Program-made: the position numbers and the translations under genes
Shown here: in pieces, positions 1-10,464 of the stretch
Numbering within the stretch: the stretch's first letter is position 1
How the letters are laid out: the number at the start of each line of letters is the position of its first letter
The notes under the pieces: generated by a model
The model's database searches: none
What the model was told of the DNA's origin: nothing
What the model saw: the letters and a program-made list of their open reading frames with translations, nothing else
DNA from: Candidatus Latescibacterota bacterium
GTDB taxonomy: Bacteria > Latescibacterota > UBA2968 > GCA-2709665
Assembly: GCA_965222075.1 (NCBI GenBank)
Contig: OZ244937.1
Span: 2,016,001-2,080,000 of the forward strand
DNA: 64,000 nt
Direction of reading: 5' to 3'

Positions 1-1
1 C

Positions 2-322
2 GCCTACGAACTGGCCACCGCTGCCGAACACGGCATCGAAGTCGTATTTGTCGTCATCAACGACGGCAGCCTCAGCGCCATCCGCGGCGCCCAGGCAGTA
101 GCTTTCGAGGGCCGCGTCATCGACACCGACATGCAAACGCCCCACATAGCCGACATGGCCCGTGCCCTGGGTGCCCGGGGGATCCGGGTGGAAGATCCAG
201 ACCGGTTCCCGGCAATCTTCGCAGATGTGATGGGCCTGGAAGGCCCCACCGTCATTGAAGTCATGATGCAGGACCGGCGGGACGACATCATCCGCCAGGT
301 GCCATGGCTCTACCCGGATTGA
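2..322 (+). CDS. Thiamine pyrophosphate-binding enzyme, C-terminal part (partial at window edge)
   Basis: Open frame from position 2 reads ELATAAEHGIEVVFVVINDGSLSAIR...DMARALGARG...GPTVIEV, typical of the TPP-enzyme C-terminal domain. Confidence 0.8.
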   Translation, partial: AYELATAAEHGIEVVFVVINDGSLSAIRGAQAVAFEGRVIDTDMQTPHIADMARALGARGIRVEDPDRFPAIFADVMGLEGPTVIEVMMQDRRDDIIRQVPWLYPD

Positions 323-330
323 CGGCAGGA

Positions 331-369
331 CCTACCCCCCGACCCCCTTTCCCAAAGGGAAGGGGGAGT
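331..369. repeat. Intergenic REP-like hairpin
   Basis: CCCCCTTTCCC-AAA-GGGAAGGGGG inverted repeat just after the stop codon. Confidence 0.55.
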
Positions 370-428
370 AACTATCTATTCAATGACGTGGTAAACCCAG
401 TCACCGCCAAACCCTATGGAGACACCCT

Positions 429-1205
429 ATGGACCTGCATCTCAAAGACAAAATCGCCCTCGTCACCGGCGGCAGCCGGGGCATTGGCCGGGCCACTGCG
501 CTCGAATTCGCATCGGAAGGATGCAAGATCGGCATCTGCGCCCGGGGGCAGGAAGGCCTGGACAGGGCGCTTGAGGAGATCCGCGCCCGGGGCGTTGAGG
601 CCTTCGGTACGGCCGCAGACGTGGCCCGGAGAGACGAGGCCGACCGCTTTGTCAACGAAGCGGTCGAAGCGCTGGGCGGCATCGACATCCTGGTCAACAA
701 CGTGGGCGGTTCGTCCGGAAGGGTATTCGAGGAATCCTCTGACGACGACTGGGAGAGGACCTTCGACCTCAACCTCTTTCACGCCGTGCGGTCCACCCGG
801 GCGGCCCTCCCCCACTTCCGGAAGCGGGGCGGGGGCAACGTCGTCACCATCGCCTCCATCTCCGGCTGGAAGCCGGCGCCTGTGGGCGCCCAGTACGGCT
901 GCACCAAGGCCGCCGAGATCTTCCTCGCTGGCGCACTCGCCTGGGAACTGGCCTCCGACAACGTCCGGGTCAACACCGTCTCCCCCGGTTCGCTCTACTT
1001 CCCGGGTGGAGGCTGGGAGCGGTTCAAGAATGAAACCCCCGAAAAATTTGAAACCTTCGAAAGCCGGGAGTTCCCGTCCAGGCGTCTCGGCACCGACCAG
1101 GAGGTTGCGGATGTCGTCGTCTTTCTCTCCTCGGAGCGGGCGAACTGGATCAACGGGGCCAACATCCCTGTAGACGGCGCGCAGGGCCGCCCCACGGCGT
1201 TTTAG
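429..1205 (+). CDS. SDR family oxidoreductase
   Basis: TGGSRGIG Rossmann motif, LVNNVG, YGCTK catalytic YxxxK, VRVNTVSPG. Confidence 0.93.
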   Translation: MDLHLKDKIALVTGGSRGIGRATALEFASEGCKIGICARGQEGLDRALEEIRARGVEAFGTAADVARRDEADRFVNEAVEALGGIDILVNNVGGSSGRVFEESSDDDWERTFDLNLFHAVRSTRAALPHFRKRGGGNVVTIASISGWKPAPVGAQYGCTKAAEIFLAGALAWELASDNVRVNTVSPGSLYFPGGGWERFKNETPEKFETFESREFPSRRLGTDQEVADVVVFLSSERANWINGANIPVDGAQGRPTAF

Positions 1206-2008
1206 ATAGTCAGGAACCCCGTCAGAATTCCCTTCACATACCCCAGCGTAAAGGCGATATCCCGGTCCACCTCTGCGGGTTCTTTCCCGCCCACGCACTC
1301 CACGTAAAGCGGCCCGTCGAACCCGCCGCCGACCAGTCCGGACAGCACCGTGTAGAAATCGACCAACCCGTCTCCCGGCGTTACCATCACATCCGCCTTG
1401 CCGTCTACCACCACGCAGTCCTTGATAATCCCTGTGGAAACCGCCGGCGCCACCTCCGCCACATCGGCCTCGGGCCGCCGCTCTCCCAGCGTATAATAGA
1501 TGATATTTCCCGGGTCGAAACAGATCGCAAACGCCGGGTGGTTCACCTTTTCGTTGGCCGCAATCAGGTCTCCGGCCGTCAGGCTGATCCCTCCATGCGG
1601 CTTCATCGTCAGGTGTACCCCCGCCTGTTCTGCGTGGGGCGCGGCCCTCCGCATAAGCTCGAAATAATCCTCGTAATGCGCCTCCTTGTTCGTCCCGCAG
1701 TCAAGCAGCCAGGTCGTGCCCAGCGCAGCGGTATTGTCGATCAGCCGCTTGTAGTCCTCCACCGCCGCGTCCAGCCCCAGGTCGAGTTTTGTTCCCCCGA
1801 TCAGCATCGAAGGCGCCACGCCCGCATCGGCCGCTGCCTTCCGCACCGCGACCACCTCCTCCGGCGTGCTCTCCGGCCGCACCGGCACCTGTCCCTCGTT
1901 GGCAAACACCGCCACATCGGTATATCCCGCGGCGGCGATCCGTTCGTAGGCCTCTGCATAGGGGAGGCCGGCGTAAGGCCGGGTCGTACATCCGATTGTC
2001 AGTTCCAT
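1202..2008 (-). CDS. Sugar phosphate isomerase/epimerase (xylose-isomerase-like TIM barrel)
   Basis: Start at MELTIGCTTRPY with GGAG upstream; FDPGN, PGDGLVDF and YVEC motifs. Confidence 0.75.
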   Translation of the reverse strand: MELTIGCTTRPYAGLPYAEAYERIAAAGYTDVAVFANEGQVPVRPESTPEEVVAVRKAAADAGVAPSMLIGGTKLDLGLDAAVEDYKRLIDNTAALGTTWLLDCGTNKEAHYEDYFELMRRAAPHAEQAGVHLTMKPHGGISLTAGDLIAANEKVNHPAFAICFDPGNIIYYTLGERRPEADVAEVAPAVSTGIIKDCVVVDGKADVMVTPGDGLVDFYTVLSGLVGGGFDGPLYVECVGGKEPAEVDRDIAFTLGYVKGILTGFLTI

Positions 2009-2039
2009 CGTACACTCTCCTTTTGAGATTTTCCCTTCG

Positions 2040-2858
2040 TTACCCCTCTTCCGAAGGCGTGTGAATATCCTTTCCGCAGTGCGGGCAGAGCACTTGCCCT
2101 TCCTTTCTCCTTTCAATCTCCTCTGCAAAGCCGGACCCGAGGATGCCGGCCGGCAGGGCAAACATGCCGATTCCCAGAAGGGCGATAATCGCGCCCAAAA
2201 CCTTTCCCAGTGGCGTAATAGGATAGACATCCCCGTAGCCCACCGTCGTGAGGGTCACAATACCCCACCACATCGCCGCAGGGATGCTTGGGAACACCTC
2301 GCGCTGCACCTCGTGCTCTGCAAAATACATCAGACTCGAAGCGATCACCAGCATAATCAGCAGCACAAACATCGTCACATAAAGCTCGTCCCTCTTATCC
2401 TTGAGCACATTCCCCAGTGTCTGCATCGACTCCGAATACCGCCCCAGTTTAAACAGCCGAAGCAGCCGCATCAACCGCATGGCGCGGAGCACCCGTAAAT
2501 CCACCGAAATAACCATCGGCAGGTAAAAAGGCAGGACTGCGATCAAATCCACAAGCGCCATGGGGGTAAACACATATTTAATCTGCCCTGTAACAGGACG
2601 GCTGAACCTTGGATCGGCGGTAGAGGTCCACAGGCGCAGCAGGTATTCAACCGTAAACACGGAAACGGAAAAGGCCTCGGAAACCTCGAAAAAATAGGCA
2701 TACCTCGCGGCAAGGCTCGGCACCGTCTCCAGGACAACCATCACCACGTTCAGGACAATCAAAACCATAATAAAAGAATCGACCAACCTGCTGGTGCGGT
2801 CGCCGGCCGATGCCTTCTCTAAGATTTCGTAGGTACGGATCTTCTGTCGATACAGCAT
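2040..2858 (-). CDS. Voltage-gated potassium channel (ion transporter)
   Basis: S4-like LRVLRAMRLMRLLRLFKL, pore signature TTVGYGD, C-terminal CPHCGK; start placed at MLYRQ. Confidence 0.92.
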   Translation of the reverse strand: MLYRQKIRTYEILEKASAGDRTSRLVDSFIMVLIVLNVVMVVLETVPSLAARYAYFFEVSEAFSVSVFTVEYLLRLWTSTADPRFSRPVTGQIKYVFTPMALVDLIAVLPFYLPMVISVDLRVLRAMRLMRLLRLFKLGRYSESMQTLGNVLKDKRDELYVTMFVLLIMLVIASSLMYFAEHEVQREVFPSIPAAMWWGIVTLTTVGYGDVYPITPLGKVLGAIIALLGIGMFALPAGILGSGFAEEIERRKEGQVLCPHCGKDIHTPSEEG

Positions 2859-2964
2859 GCGTGGATCATCCCTTCGTTTCACAGGTTTTGGCGTCTGGGT
2901 TGACAGCATTTTTTCGTGAACACTTGACAACCGCTCACCCACACCCTATACTTTCTCCCTCACC

Positions 2965-4998
2965 GTGGAAAAATCGACACAAAGAGAAGGGCTGTCAACC
3001 TTGTCTGAAGCAACCCCAAATCCGCCTCCCCGGGCCAAAAGGCGCACGCTCCTGCGCGTGCTCCTCGCCCTCCTTCTGTCGGCCGCCGTCACCATCCCGC
3101 TGCCCCGCAACCGGGACGGCGTCATCCGCCAGCAGGTCATCCACAACGTTCCCAAACTGGCCGCAGACCTGGGCGACGGCCCCTGGGTGCTCTCAGAGAC
3201 GGACGACCCGGCCTGCCGGGCGGGGTTTTCCGAAGCCCAGGTGCGGCGAACCACGCCCACCGGCAACAGTCTTCCCATCACGTATACCTGCCGGAAAGAC
3301 GCGGACCGGATCCTCCTCCGCGCAACAGTCGGCACCGGAACCGGAAAACGGACCCGTAGCGCCGCCCTCAGGGAAATCAACGGCTGGAGCCTCTTTCCCC
3401 CCCTCGCGGCCATCCTGGTCGCCGTGCTGAGCAGGCGGCTCATCCTGGGCCTTTCCTTAGCCATCCTGGCGGGCGGCCTGCTTTCCACCCCCAGCGCCCT
3501 GCCTGTCCACCAGGTGGTCTGGGAAGCCTTCAGACGCGCCGCTGTGGACTACGTGTGGACCCCGTTGGAGGGTTCCTTCCAGCTCTACATCCTCGCCTTC
3601 ACCGCAGCCCTCATCGGCATGGTGCGGGTCACCTCCCTCACAGGCGGCAACCTGGGCATCGCCAGCCTGTTGGCCTCCCGGGCCGAAGGCGCCAGGTCGA
3701 CCCGCGTCGCCGCCTTCCTCATGGGCCTGGCCATCTTCTTCGACGACTATGCCAACACCATCGTTGTGGGCACCACCATGCGCCCCATCGCCGACCGGTT
3801 CCGGGTCTCGCGTGAAAAGCTGGCCTACCTCGTCGACTCCACCGCCGCTCCCATCGCCGGCGTGGCCCTCATCAGCACCTGGATCGGCTACGAAGTCGGC
3901 CTCTTCGACGACCTGATGCGCGGCCTCCACACCGGCATCTCGGGCTACCAGCTCTTCTTCAGCGCCCTCCCCGTCCGCTTCTACTGCCTCTTCACACTGG
4001 TCTTTGTGGCCGCCTCTGCCTGGTTCCAGCGGGACTACGGCCCCATGCTCCGTGCCGAGCGCCGCGCACAGGCCACCGGCCAGGTTCTCCGCTCAGGCGC
4101 GGCCCCCATGGCGGGGCGCAGGTTTGAAGAGATCGGTCCGGCGGAGGGTGTTGTGCCGGCGTGGTGGACCGCAGCCCTTCCCGTTATCACGGTGATCGCA
4201 GCGGTTATCTCAGGAATGGCGATCCACACACTGGACCATCCGGCCGTCAGTGAAATCCGCCTCCGGGAATCGATCTTCAGCACCGCCTACTGGACCGCCT
4301 GCTTCTCTCACGCCGGCAGCAACGAGGTCGCCAGGGTCCTCTTCCTCTCCTCCGTGCTCGGCTCAGCCCTGGCCATCCTCATCGCCCTCACACGCCGCAA
4401 CCGGCACACGGGCGCGCCTGCCATCCGGCCCCTGGAAGCCCTCAGCACCTATGTGCGGGGCATCATCGGCGTGTACTACGCCATCGCCATCCTCATCCTC
4501 GCCTGGGCGATCAAAGAGGTCTGTACGGACGCCGGCACCTCGGTCTACCTCACGGTCGCCCTCTCTCCCCTGGTCTCGCCCGGCCTGCTGCCCATCCTCA
4601 TCTTCGGTCTTGCCTCTTTGGTCGCCTTCTCCATCGGCACCTCCTGGGCCACCATGGGCATCCTGATTCCCACCGTTGTCCCGTTAGCCCATGCGATGGG
4701 CGGCATGCCCCTCACCGTTCTGGCAGCCGCAGCCGTACTCGACGGCGCCATCTTCGGCGACCACTGCTCCCCCATCAGCGACACCACCGTCATGTCCAGC
4801 ATTGCCTCCTCCTGCGACCACATCGACCACGTCAAGACCCAGCTTCCCTATGCGCTCACCACCATGGGCGTTGCAGCCACAATCGGCTACCTCGGAACGT
4901 CTCTGCTCTACCCCTGGTGGATCGGCCTGGGCCTGGGCCTGGCCGCGGTCCTGGGCATCCTCTTCACCCTGGGAAAAAACCCCGACCTGGCGGCCTGA
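2965..4998 (+). CDS. Na+/H+ antiporter NhaC family protein
   Basis: IFFDDYAN, SREKLAYLVDSTAAP, GTSWATM and GAIFGDHCSPISDTT motifs. Confidence 0.9.
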   Translation: MEKSTQREGLSTLSEATPNPPPRAKRRTLLRVLLALLLSAAVTIPLPRNRDGVIRQQVIHNVPKLAADLGDGPWVLSETDDPACRAGFSEAQVRRTTPTGNSLPITYTCRKDADRILLRATVGTGTGKRTRSAALREINGWSLFPPLAAILVAVLSRRLILGLSLAILAGGLLSTPSALPVHQVVWEAFRRAAVDYVWTPLEGSFQLYILAFTAALIGMVRVTSLTGGNLGIASLLASRAEGARSTRVAAFLMGLAIFFDDYANTIVVGTTMRPIADRFRVSREKLAYLVDSTAAPIAGVALISTWIGYEVGLFDDLMRGLHTGISGYQLFFSALPVRFYCLFTLVFVAASAWFQRDYGPMLRAERRAQATGQVLRSGAAPMAGRRFEEIGPAEGVVPAWWTAALPVITVIAAVISGMAIHTLDHPAVSEIRLRESIFSTAYWTACFSHAGSNEVARVLFLSSVLGSALAILIALTRRNRHTGAPAIRPLEALSTYVRGIIGVYYAIAILILAWAIKEVCTDAGTSVYLTVALSPLVSPGLLPILIFGLASLVAFSIGTSWATMGILIPTVVPLAHAMGGMPLTVLAAAAVLDGAIFGDHCSPISDTTVMSSIASSCDHIDHVKTQLPYALTTMGVAATIGYLGTSLLYPWWIGLGLGLAAVLGILFTLGKNPDLAA

Positions 4999-5042
4999 CA
5001 CCCTGCCCCTTTTTTAACGCGTTCGAAGATTGCCGTCTTTTA

Positions 5043-5080
5043 AAAAAACCGGCGACAGCCTGAGCGGCTGTCGCCGGTTT
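5043..5080. terminator. Terminator hairpin between convergent genes
   Basis: AAACCGGCGACAGCC-TGAGC-GGCTGTCGCCGGTTT perfect 15-bp stem; the flanking A-run reads as a U-tract on the minus strand. Confidence 0.8.
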
Positions 5081-5862
5081 CAGGCGATCTCCGAGATAAC
5101 GCTTACAATCTCCCGGCTGCGTTTCAGGGCCTCAAGGGGGTCTGGCAGCCCGGCACTCAGTTCGAGGCTGACGGCCCCGTTGTAGCCGATATCAGCCAGG
5201 GCGGCGAATGTGCGGTGCAAAACCTTCTCGGTCAGCATGCCGTCCATCAGCGACAGGTGCTGGTCGTTTCGGCCGTCGTTGTCATCCAGATGAACGTAGC
5301 CCAGGCGCGATCCGGCCTGCGCAATCGTATCGGCGGGGTCTTCCCCGGACATCTGCGCGTGGCCGATATCGAAAAGGAGGTACAGGTTGGGATGGCCGAT
5401 CTCCCTCAGAAAATCGAGCGTCGCCGAGGCCGTGGGCAGGGCACGGTTGGGAAAGTGCTCGACACAGAGCTTGAGCCCCAGAGCCGACGCCCGATCCCCA
5501 GCAGCGGCAAGCGACCGGGCGTAGCGGGAAAGGGCCTCCCGGCTCCCGTCCACCCCGGGCACCACGTAGGCCGCCGCAGCGTCCAGGTCCGCGCCGTAGG
5601 CCAGGACCTTCTCGGTGTGCGCCAGGGCATCAGAGACCGCATCCGTATCCGGGCTGTCCAGCGCAGCCCCTTCCGGAACGCCGACCGATGCGGCCACGCA
5701 GGAGACGCTCAGGCCGCGTGCATGGATCCCGGCGCGTGCGTCCTGGGAGGAAAATGCGTAGGGACGAACATCAATCCACCGGAAGCCCGCATCAGCGATC
5801 CGGTCTAAAACCTCATCCTCCGGACCGGAGAGGGCCCAGATACAGCAGGAAAGTTTACGCAT
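5080..5862 (-). CDS. Sugar phosphate isomerase/epimerase family protein
   Basis: CVEHF, LFDIGH, YVHLDDNDG and SLEL metal-binding pattern of AP-endonuclease-2 TIM barrels. Confidence 0.85.
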   Translation of the reverse strand: MRKLSCCIWALSGPEDEVLDRIADAGFRWIDVRPYAFSSQDARAGIHARGLSVSCVAASVGVPEGAALDSPDTDAVSDALAHTEKVLAYGADLDAAAAYVVPGVDGSREALSRYARSLAAAGDRASALGLKLCVEHFPNRALPTASATLDFLREIGHPNLYLLFDIGHAQMSGEDPADTIAQAGSRLGYVHLDDNDGRNDQHLSLMDGMLTEKVLHRTFAALADIGYNGAVSLELSAGLPDPLEALKRSREIVSVISEIA

Positions 5863-6718
5863 CTTCCCCCAGCAGCTTCAACGCGTTCTGATAGGTAATC
5901 TTGTCAAACGCCTCCCTGGGCAGATCGAGGCCCTGTATGAAGTCCATCAGCCGCGTATCGAAGTAGTCCCGCCCGAAAATCAGCTTATCCTGAAACGCGA
6001 TCAAAAAGCCCTTGCCGAACGCCGGGTCCCGACTGATTGCCCCCAGCGCCGACCCGGCGGAGAGATCGGCGAACAGATTGTCATATTGCCGCAGCATCTC
6101 CGGAACCCTGCCCCCCGGCAGCACCGGCCCGGTGGGATAGGACTCTTTGTCGAACTTATCATCCGCCGAAATATGCGCCCAGAACCCCGGCGCGTGTCCG
6201 ATAAACGCCGTCTCCGGGCAGGCCGTGATCGCCCGCTCAAACGCCTCGATACTCCCTCCGTACCAGTAGTTGGGACGCGGATAGTCGCCTCCTCCGTGGT
6301 CGAGCGGATAGTCCAGGTGAATCGTAATCGGCAGCCCCATCTCCCCGCAGGCGTGGTAGAGCCGGATCGCATCCGGATCGTCGAACAGCACCCGCACCTT
6401 CATCTCGCTGGCCACCCGGACCCCGTGAATCTCCACCGCCGCCTTCAGCCGATCAATCGCATCGGGCCGCTTGGGATGCGGAAAATACCCCAGTACGAAC
6501 CGGTCGGGCGCTTCCCGGCCCACCCGTAGCACATCCTCCAGGGGAATGCCCAGCCCCCCCGGCGGCAGCACCTTGTGGTAAGAGGGGCTGTACTCGTCTT
6601 CCGGCACCTCCCAGGTAAACAGCCACATCTGGTCGATCCCCTGCTCGTCCATATTCTTCAAAATCTTCGCAGCATCGTGCCCGTGCCAGTTCGGATGGTT
6701 GTGCGCGTCAATCAGCAT
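5855..6718 (-). CDS. Amidohydrolase family protein
   Basis: MLIDAHNH (HxH), IGHAPGFW, ADLSAGS and FGRD motifs. Confidence 0.88.
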   Translation of the reverse strand: MLIDAHNHPNWHGHDAAKILKNMDEQGIDQMWLFTWEVPEDEYSPSYHKVLPPGGLGIPLEDVLRVGREAPDRFVLGYFPHPKRPDAIDRLKAAVEIHGVRVASEMKVRVLFDDPDAIRLYHACGEMGLPITIHLDYPLDHGGGDYPRPNYWYGGSIEAFERAITACPETAFIGHAPGFWAHISADDKFDKESYPTGPVLPGGRVPEMLRQYDNLFADLSAGSALGAISRDPAFGKGFLIAFQDKLIFGRDYFDTRLMDFIQGLDLPREAFDKITYQNALKLLGEDA

Positions 6719-6908
6719 AGCCCTCTCCACTATTTGATATAAGACATACCGCCGCATCATCCGGGGTGCGTATGATAACACCGGGCAGCGCGGCCTACCA
6801 GCGCGACATTGACCGGCACTGGCGGTTGTAACACGATAATGAGTCCGATGCTTGAGACACACCGAACTCATTATTTCACGCCAATTCGAGAACCTGCGCC
6901 AATTTCTC

Positions 6909-8759
6909 TTAGCGCGCGCCTTGCGGCAGCGTGTCCTTGCTTGCGGCATAGGCTTTCAGAATCTGTTCGATCTCCTGCTGGAACTTCTCCAAAGGCTCGC
7001 GCACCTGGTGCCGGAACTCCTCTCTCATCGCGTGATAATACTCCTGCGCCGCCTTCAGGATCACCCCGGCGTTGTGCTGCAGCGTGGTGTGATCGTCCTG
7101 GAAATGCTCAAACCGGTCGTGGACCGCGTGCATCAACTGGCTCGCGTAGGCGCCCACGTTTCGCTGAAAGGCCTCTTTGTACCCCTCGCAGAACCGCTCC
7201 AGGTGTTCCACAGCCTCTGAGAAGAAGGTTGTCATCTCGTCTACCTGCAGCGCCTGCTGGGTGGTGAGAATCAGGTGGTGGCCCTGCACCGCAAGGCGCA
7301 CCGCATTGGGCATGTTACCGGGGTGTCGAACCAGGGTGCGGGAAAGAAATTTCCAGTACTCCCACCTGTAACTTCCGGCAACCCCCTGCCGCCAGAGCGA
7401 CCGGAAAAAGGCCTTGACCTCCACCACTCCAATCGGCATCTTGCCGAGCGGCCGGCGCGGTTGGTGTTCAAACAGCGTCGAACACCGTTCAAAATAGGCA
7501 CCGGGGCTGTTGAGGGTCCCCACCGTTTTTCGATGCCGCTCGAAGAGTTCATCGGGATCGATGACCGGAACATAGCTCAACTCCCGGTTGAAAATCCCCG
7601 AATCGCCCGTGTACTTGACCCCCTCAACGAGGCGGCCAAGCCGGCTAAAGCGCTTGTAATCCGGCGTATCCCGAAGCACCCCCAGGATCCCCACCATGGC
7701 CACCGGAATACCCGCTTCCCGAATAAACGCAATCATCCGATCGGCGATATCGTCCGGGTCCGTATCCAGCCCCATAATAAACCCTGCCTGCACCTCGAAC
7801 CCGGCGCGCTGGAGAATCTTGACCTTATCCAGCAGGGGCGTTTTGCCCTGCAGGTTCTTCTGTGCCCCCATAAACCTCAAGCTCTCTTCAACCGGAGACT
7901 CGATGCCCGCGAACACCTTGTCGAACCCGGCCCAGTACATCGCTTCTAACAGCGCCGGATCGTCGCTTACCCGAATGCTCGCCTGAGTGTGGAACTGGAA
8001 GGGGTACTCCCGTACCTTCTGCCAGGGCACCACCTCTTCCTCTAAGGCCAGCCGGACCTCCTCCCGGTTGCCCACAAAATTGTCGTCCACAGCCATGACC
8101 GACCCACGCCAGCCGGCGTCGTACAGCGCATCCAGCTCTTGAATCATGCGGCTCTTACTCTTAAGCCGGGTGACCTTGCCGTAAAGCGACGGGATATTGC
8201 AGAAGGTGCAGCTCTCGGGGCACCCTCGCGTAATCTGGATCACCATGCTGCTGTAGTCGTTAAAATCGATCAGATCCCAGCGGGGCAGCGGTACTGCCGC
8301 CAGGTCCTGAAACTGGCCGCGGCGATCCACATAATCCCGCTCCACCAGGCCGGGGTCGGAAACCATCCTCTCCACGATATCCATAAACCCGTTCTCGGCC
8401 TCACCCAGATAGAATACCGCATTCCCTTCGATCTCCTCGTAGTACTGCGTGGGCAGGGGGCCGCCGTTCAGAACCGGTACGCCCTGGGCATTGCAGCGGG
8501 CAATCACCTCTTCTAAGGAGTGCCAGTGGATAATCATCGTAGACGTAATCACAATGTCTGCCCAGTCGAGATCTTCGTCCCGCAGAGGCGTCACATTGAT
8601 ATCCACCATCCGAAGGGCGTAGTCCTCGGGCATCATCCCGGCAATCGTCAGCAGCCCCAGAGGGGGAAAGGCCGACTTCTTATCGATCATCTTCAGAGCT
8701 TCATCAAAGCTCCAGAACGTAACCGGATTCTCCGGACAAACCAGCAGGGCATTCGGCAT
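6909..8759 (-). CDS. Cobalamin-binding radical SAM protein (DUF4070/HpnP-like) with C-terminal helical extension
   Basis: FPPLGLLTIA B12-binding N-terminus, RGCPESCTFC CxxxCxxC, VDDNF, GFIMGLDTD. Confidence 0.9.
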   Translation of the reverse strand: MPNALLVCPENPVTFWSFDEALKMIDKKSAFPPLGLLTIAGMMPEDYALRMVDINVTPLRDEDLDWADIVITSTMIIHWHSLEEVIARCNAQGVPVLNGGPLPTQYYEEIEGNAVFYLGEAENGFMDIVERMVSDPGLVERDYVDRRGQFQDLAAVPLPRWDLIDFNDYSSMVIQITRGCPESCTFCNIPSLYGKVTRLKSKSRMIQELDALYDAGWRGSVMAVDDNFVGNREEVRLALEEEVVPWQKVREYPFQFHTQASIRVSDDPALLEAMYWAGFDKVFAGIESPVEESLRFMGAQKNLQGKTPLLDKVKILQRAGFEVQAGFIMGLDTDPDDIADRMIAFIREAGIPVAMVGILGVLRDTPDYKRFSRLGRLVEGVKYTGDSGIFNRELSYVPVIDPDELFERHRKTVGTLNSPGAYFERCSTLFEHQPRRPLGKMPIGVVEVKAFFRSLWRQGVAGSYRWEYWKFLSRTLVRHPGNMPNAVRLAVQGHHLILTTQQALQVDEMTTFFSEAVEHLERFCEGYKEAFQRNVGAYASQLMHAVHDRFEHFQDDHTTLQHNAGVILKAAQEYYHAMREEFRHQVREPLEKFQQEIEQILKAYAASKDTLPQGAR

Positions 8760-8995
8760 GCTAAATCCTCTCTATGTTCGCAGGCGCATCTTCTGTTCTG
8801 GTAACGCTCATCACAGGCGGAAAAACGGCCCTGAGGGCCTGGACAATGCACGGTATCGGACATTCCCCACCCCTGATTCGAACGGCGTGCACTCCAGAGG
8901 GAGGACACCCTTCTGGACAGCACAGAATTAATATAATAAGATTCTTTCAATTCCGCTAAATAAAAAAACCCCGATCTCGAAAATTATATGCGTAA

Positions 8996-9075
8996 AACCT
9001 GATCCGGCGATGCGGTTACGGCCCTATGCCCCATCCGGTCTCCCCCCTTGCCGCCTTACAATATCCCTTCCATCG
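8996..9075 (+). repeat. Degenerate copy of the sulfatase 3' end (partner at about 13436-13590)
   Basis: ACCTGATCCGGCGATGCGG(T/G)TACGGCCCTATGCCCCATCCGGTCTCCCCC(C/T)TTGCCGC occurs at both sites; GCCTTACAAT follows it directly here and about 70 bp later at the partner site. Confidence 0.85.
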
Positions 9076-9384
9076 CCGCAGACCACATCCCGCATCGGAC
9101 CTCCAGCATTCGGTCCACGGGCGTCACCAGCGTAATCAAAAGCCGGAATGCCTCCAGGGCCGGTTCGCTGTTGTGCATGTGCCACATCCGGTGTGCGTAT
9201 GCCCCCGGTCCTGCCTGCGCGAAACACTGGTCACGACCGTACCGTCGGCGTGCAGGAGGTGGTAGGAAAGGTCCAGGTTCTTCCGCACCGGATCCAGCAG
9301 TTCCGGCCGGTCCAGGACCTGTCGGGACAGAATGGACTCCACCTGGGCATCCAGCAGCGGCAACAGAGCGTCATAGGTCAGCAT
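9055..9384 (-). pseudogene. Internally deleted remnant of a hypothetical protein gene
   Basis: [25 protein letters not shown]...[25 protein letters not shown] looks protein-like but is short and lies next to the duplicated junction. Confidence 0.45.
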
Positions 9385-9567
9385 GGAAAAAAATCCTTCT
9401 GAATTGCAAAGCTTTTTGCCACCAGGAGCCACATGCTTATCCAAAAAACATCCTTGACTTCGTTTGATCGTTTTCCCGATATTTCACACATCTGTCAGGA
9501 AGGCACGTTGTAGGGCCTCGCGGTCGATCCTTCACCGGGCGCGGGGCGGTCCCGGAGGAGATTTTTT

Positions 9568-10464
9568 ATGCGTCTTAGATCATTCACCGCATCCGCCATT
9601 GTTGGATTCCTGTCGCTCTGTCCCATCTCCGTCGCGTCGGCCCGGAGTGGGCCTGCAGAGCCGCCGCGCTCCGGGTGGTACATCGGCGCGACCATGGGAC
9701 TGAATCGGGCATCCGACATGGACCAGGAGGGCTGGAATCGGGACACGCACTGCTATCCGACGGATGCCTGTTTCGATTTGGACCCCATTCCCCAAATCTC
9801 CGGATACCGCTGGCGTTACAAGATCGAAGCCGCCGCCGGAAACGTGTTCGAAATCTCGGCCGGACGCATTTTTGATCGCAAACGCCTGGAGCTGTCGCTC
9901 GCGCAGAAAAAGAACGGCCTCAACCAGGTATTCCGCAGCGTCACCGATTACGACGGGATGCCCATGGAGGAGCGACGCGGCGGCACGGTCGAATCCAATG
10001 ACCGGTCTTCGATCGACGATCTCATCGTGCGAACACTCTCGTTCAACGCGTACTACGATTTTCCGGGCGCGTACCGCGGGATTTCTCCGTATCTCGGCGG
10101 AGGTTTGGGCGCCGCGTACGTCGAGATGTCGGGAGTACACTACTCCAACGACCATAAGGAAACGTCGAGCAATGCCCAGGTATACGACCCTCCGCTCTCC
10201 TTCTACAACAGCCGCCAGGATGGCGACCTCTCCGACGTGGTTTTGGCAGGGCACCTGCACGCCGGGGCCGACTACCGGGTACACGACAGGACATTGCTGG
10301 GATTGAAGTTGACGTACTCGATCACAAGAAGCATCAATGTCCGGGGGGGATATTCGATTCACCCGATGCACGATCGAGAACCCGACTTCCCCAACCACAA
10401 TACGTTCACCGGAGCGCGTCACTGGACGTTGACGCTTCATGTCAAACGCCTGTTCGGGAACTGA
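9568..10464 (+). CDS. Outer membrane beta-barrel protein (opacity/porin-like)
   Basis: Signal peptide, GWYIGATMG, FNAYYDF, SPYLGGGLGAAYV, terminal amphipathic beta-strand. Confidence 0.75.
   Translation: MRLRSFTASAIVGFLSLCPISVASARSGPAEPPRSGWYIGATMGLNRASDMDQEGWNRDTHCYPTDACFDLDPIPQISGYRWRYKIEAAAGNVFEISAGRIFDRKRLELSLAQKKNGLNQVFRSVTDYDGMPMEERRGGTVESNDRSSIDDLIVRTLSFNAYYDFPGAYRGISPYLGGGLGAAYVEMSGVHYSNDHKETSSNAQVYDPPLSFYNSRQDGDLSDVVLAGHLHAGADYRVHDRTLLGLKLTYSITRSINVRGGYSIHPMHDREPDFPNHNTFTGARHWTLTLHVKRLFGN

Noticed and set aside
3499-9220. Isolated CCTGCCTG matches near 3499, 7783 and 9210
   Set aside because: No matching GCAGGCAGG arm nearby; they read as ordinary coding sequence.
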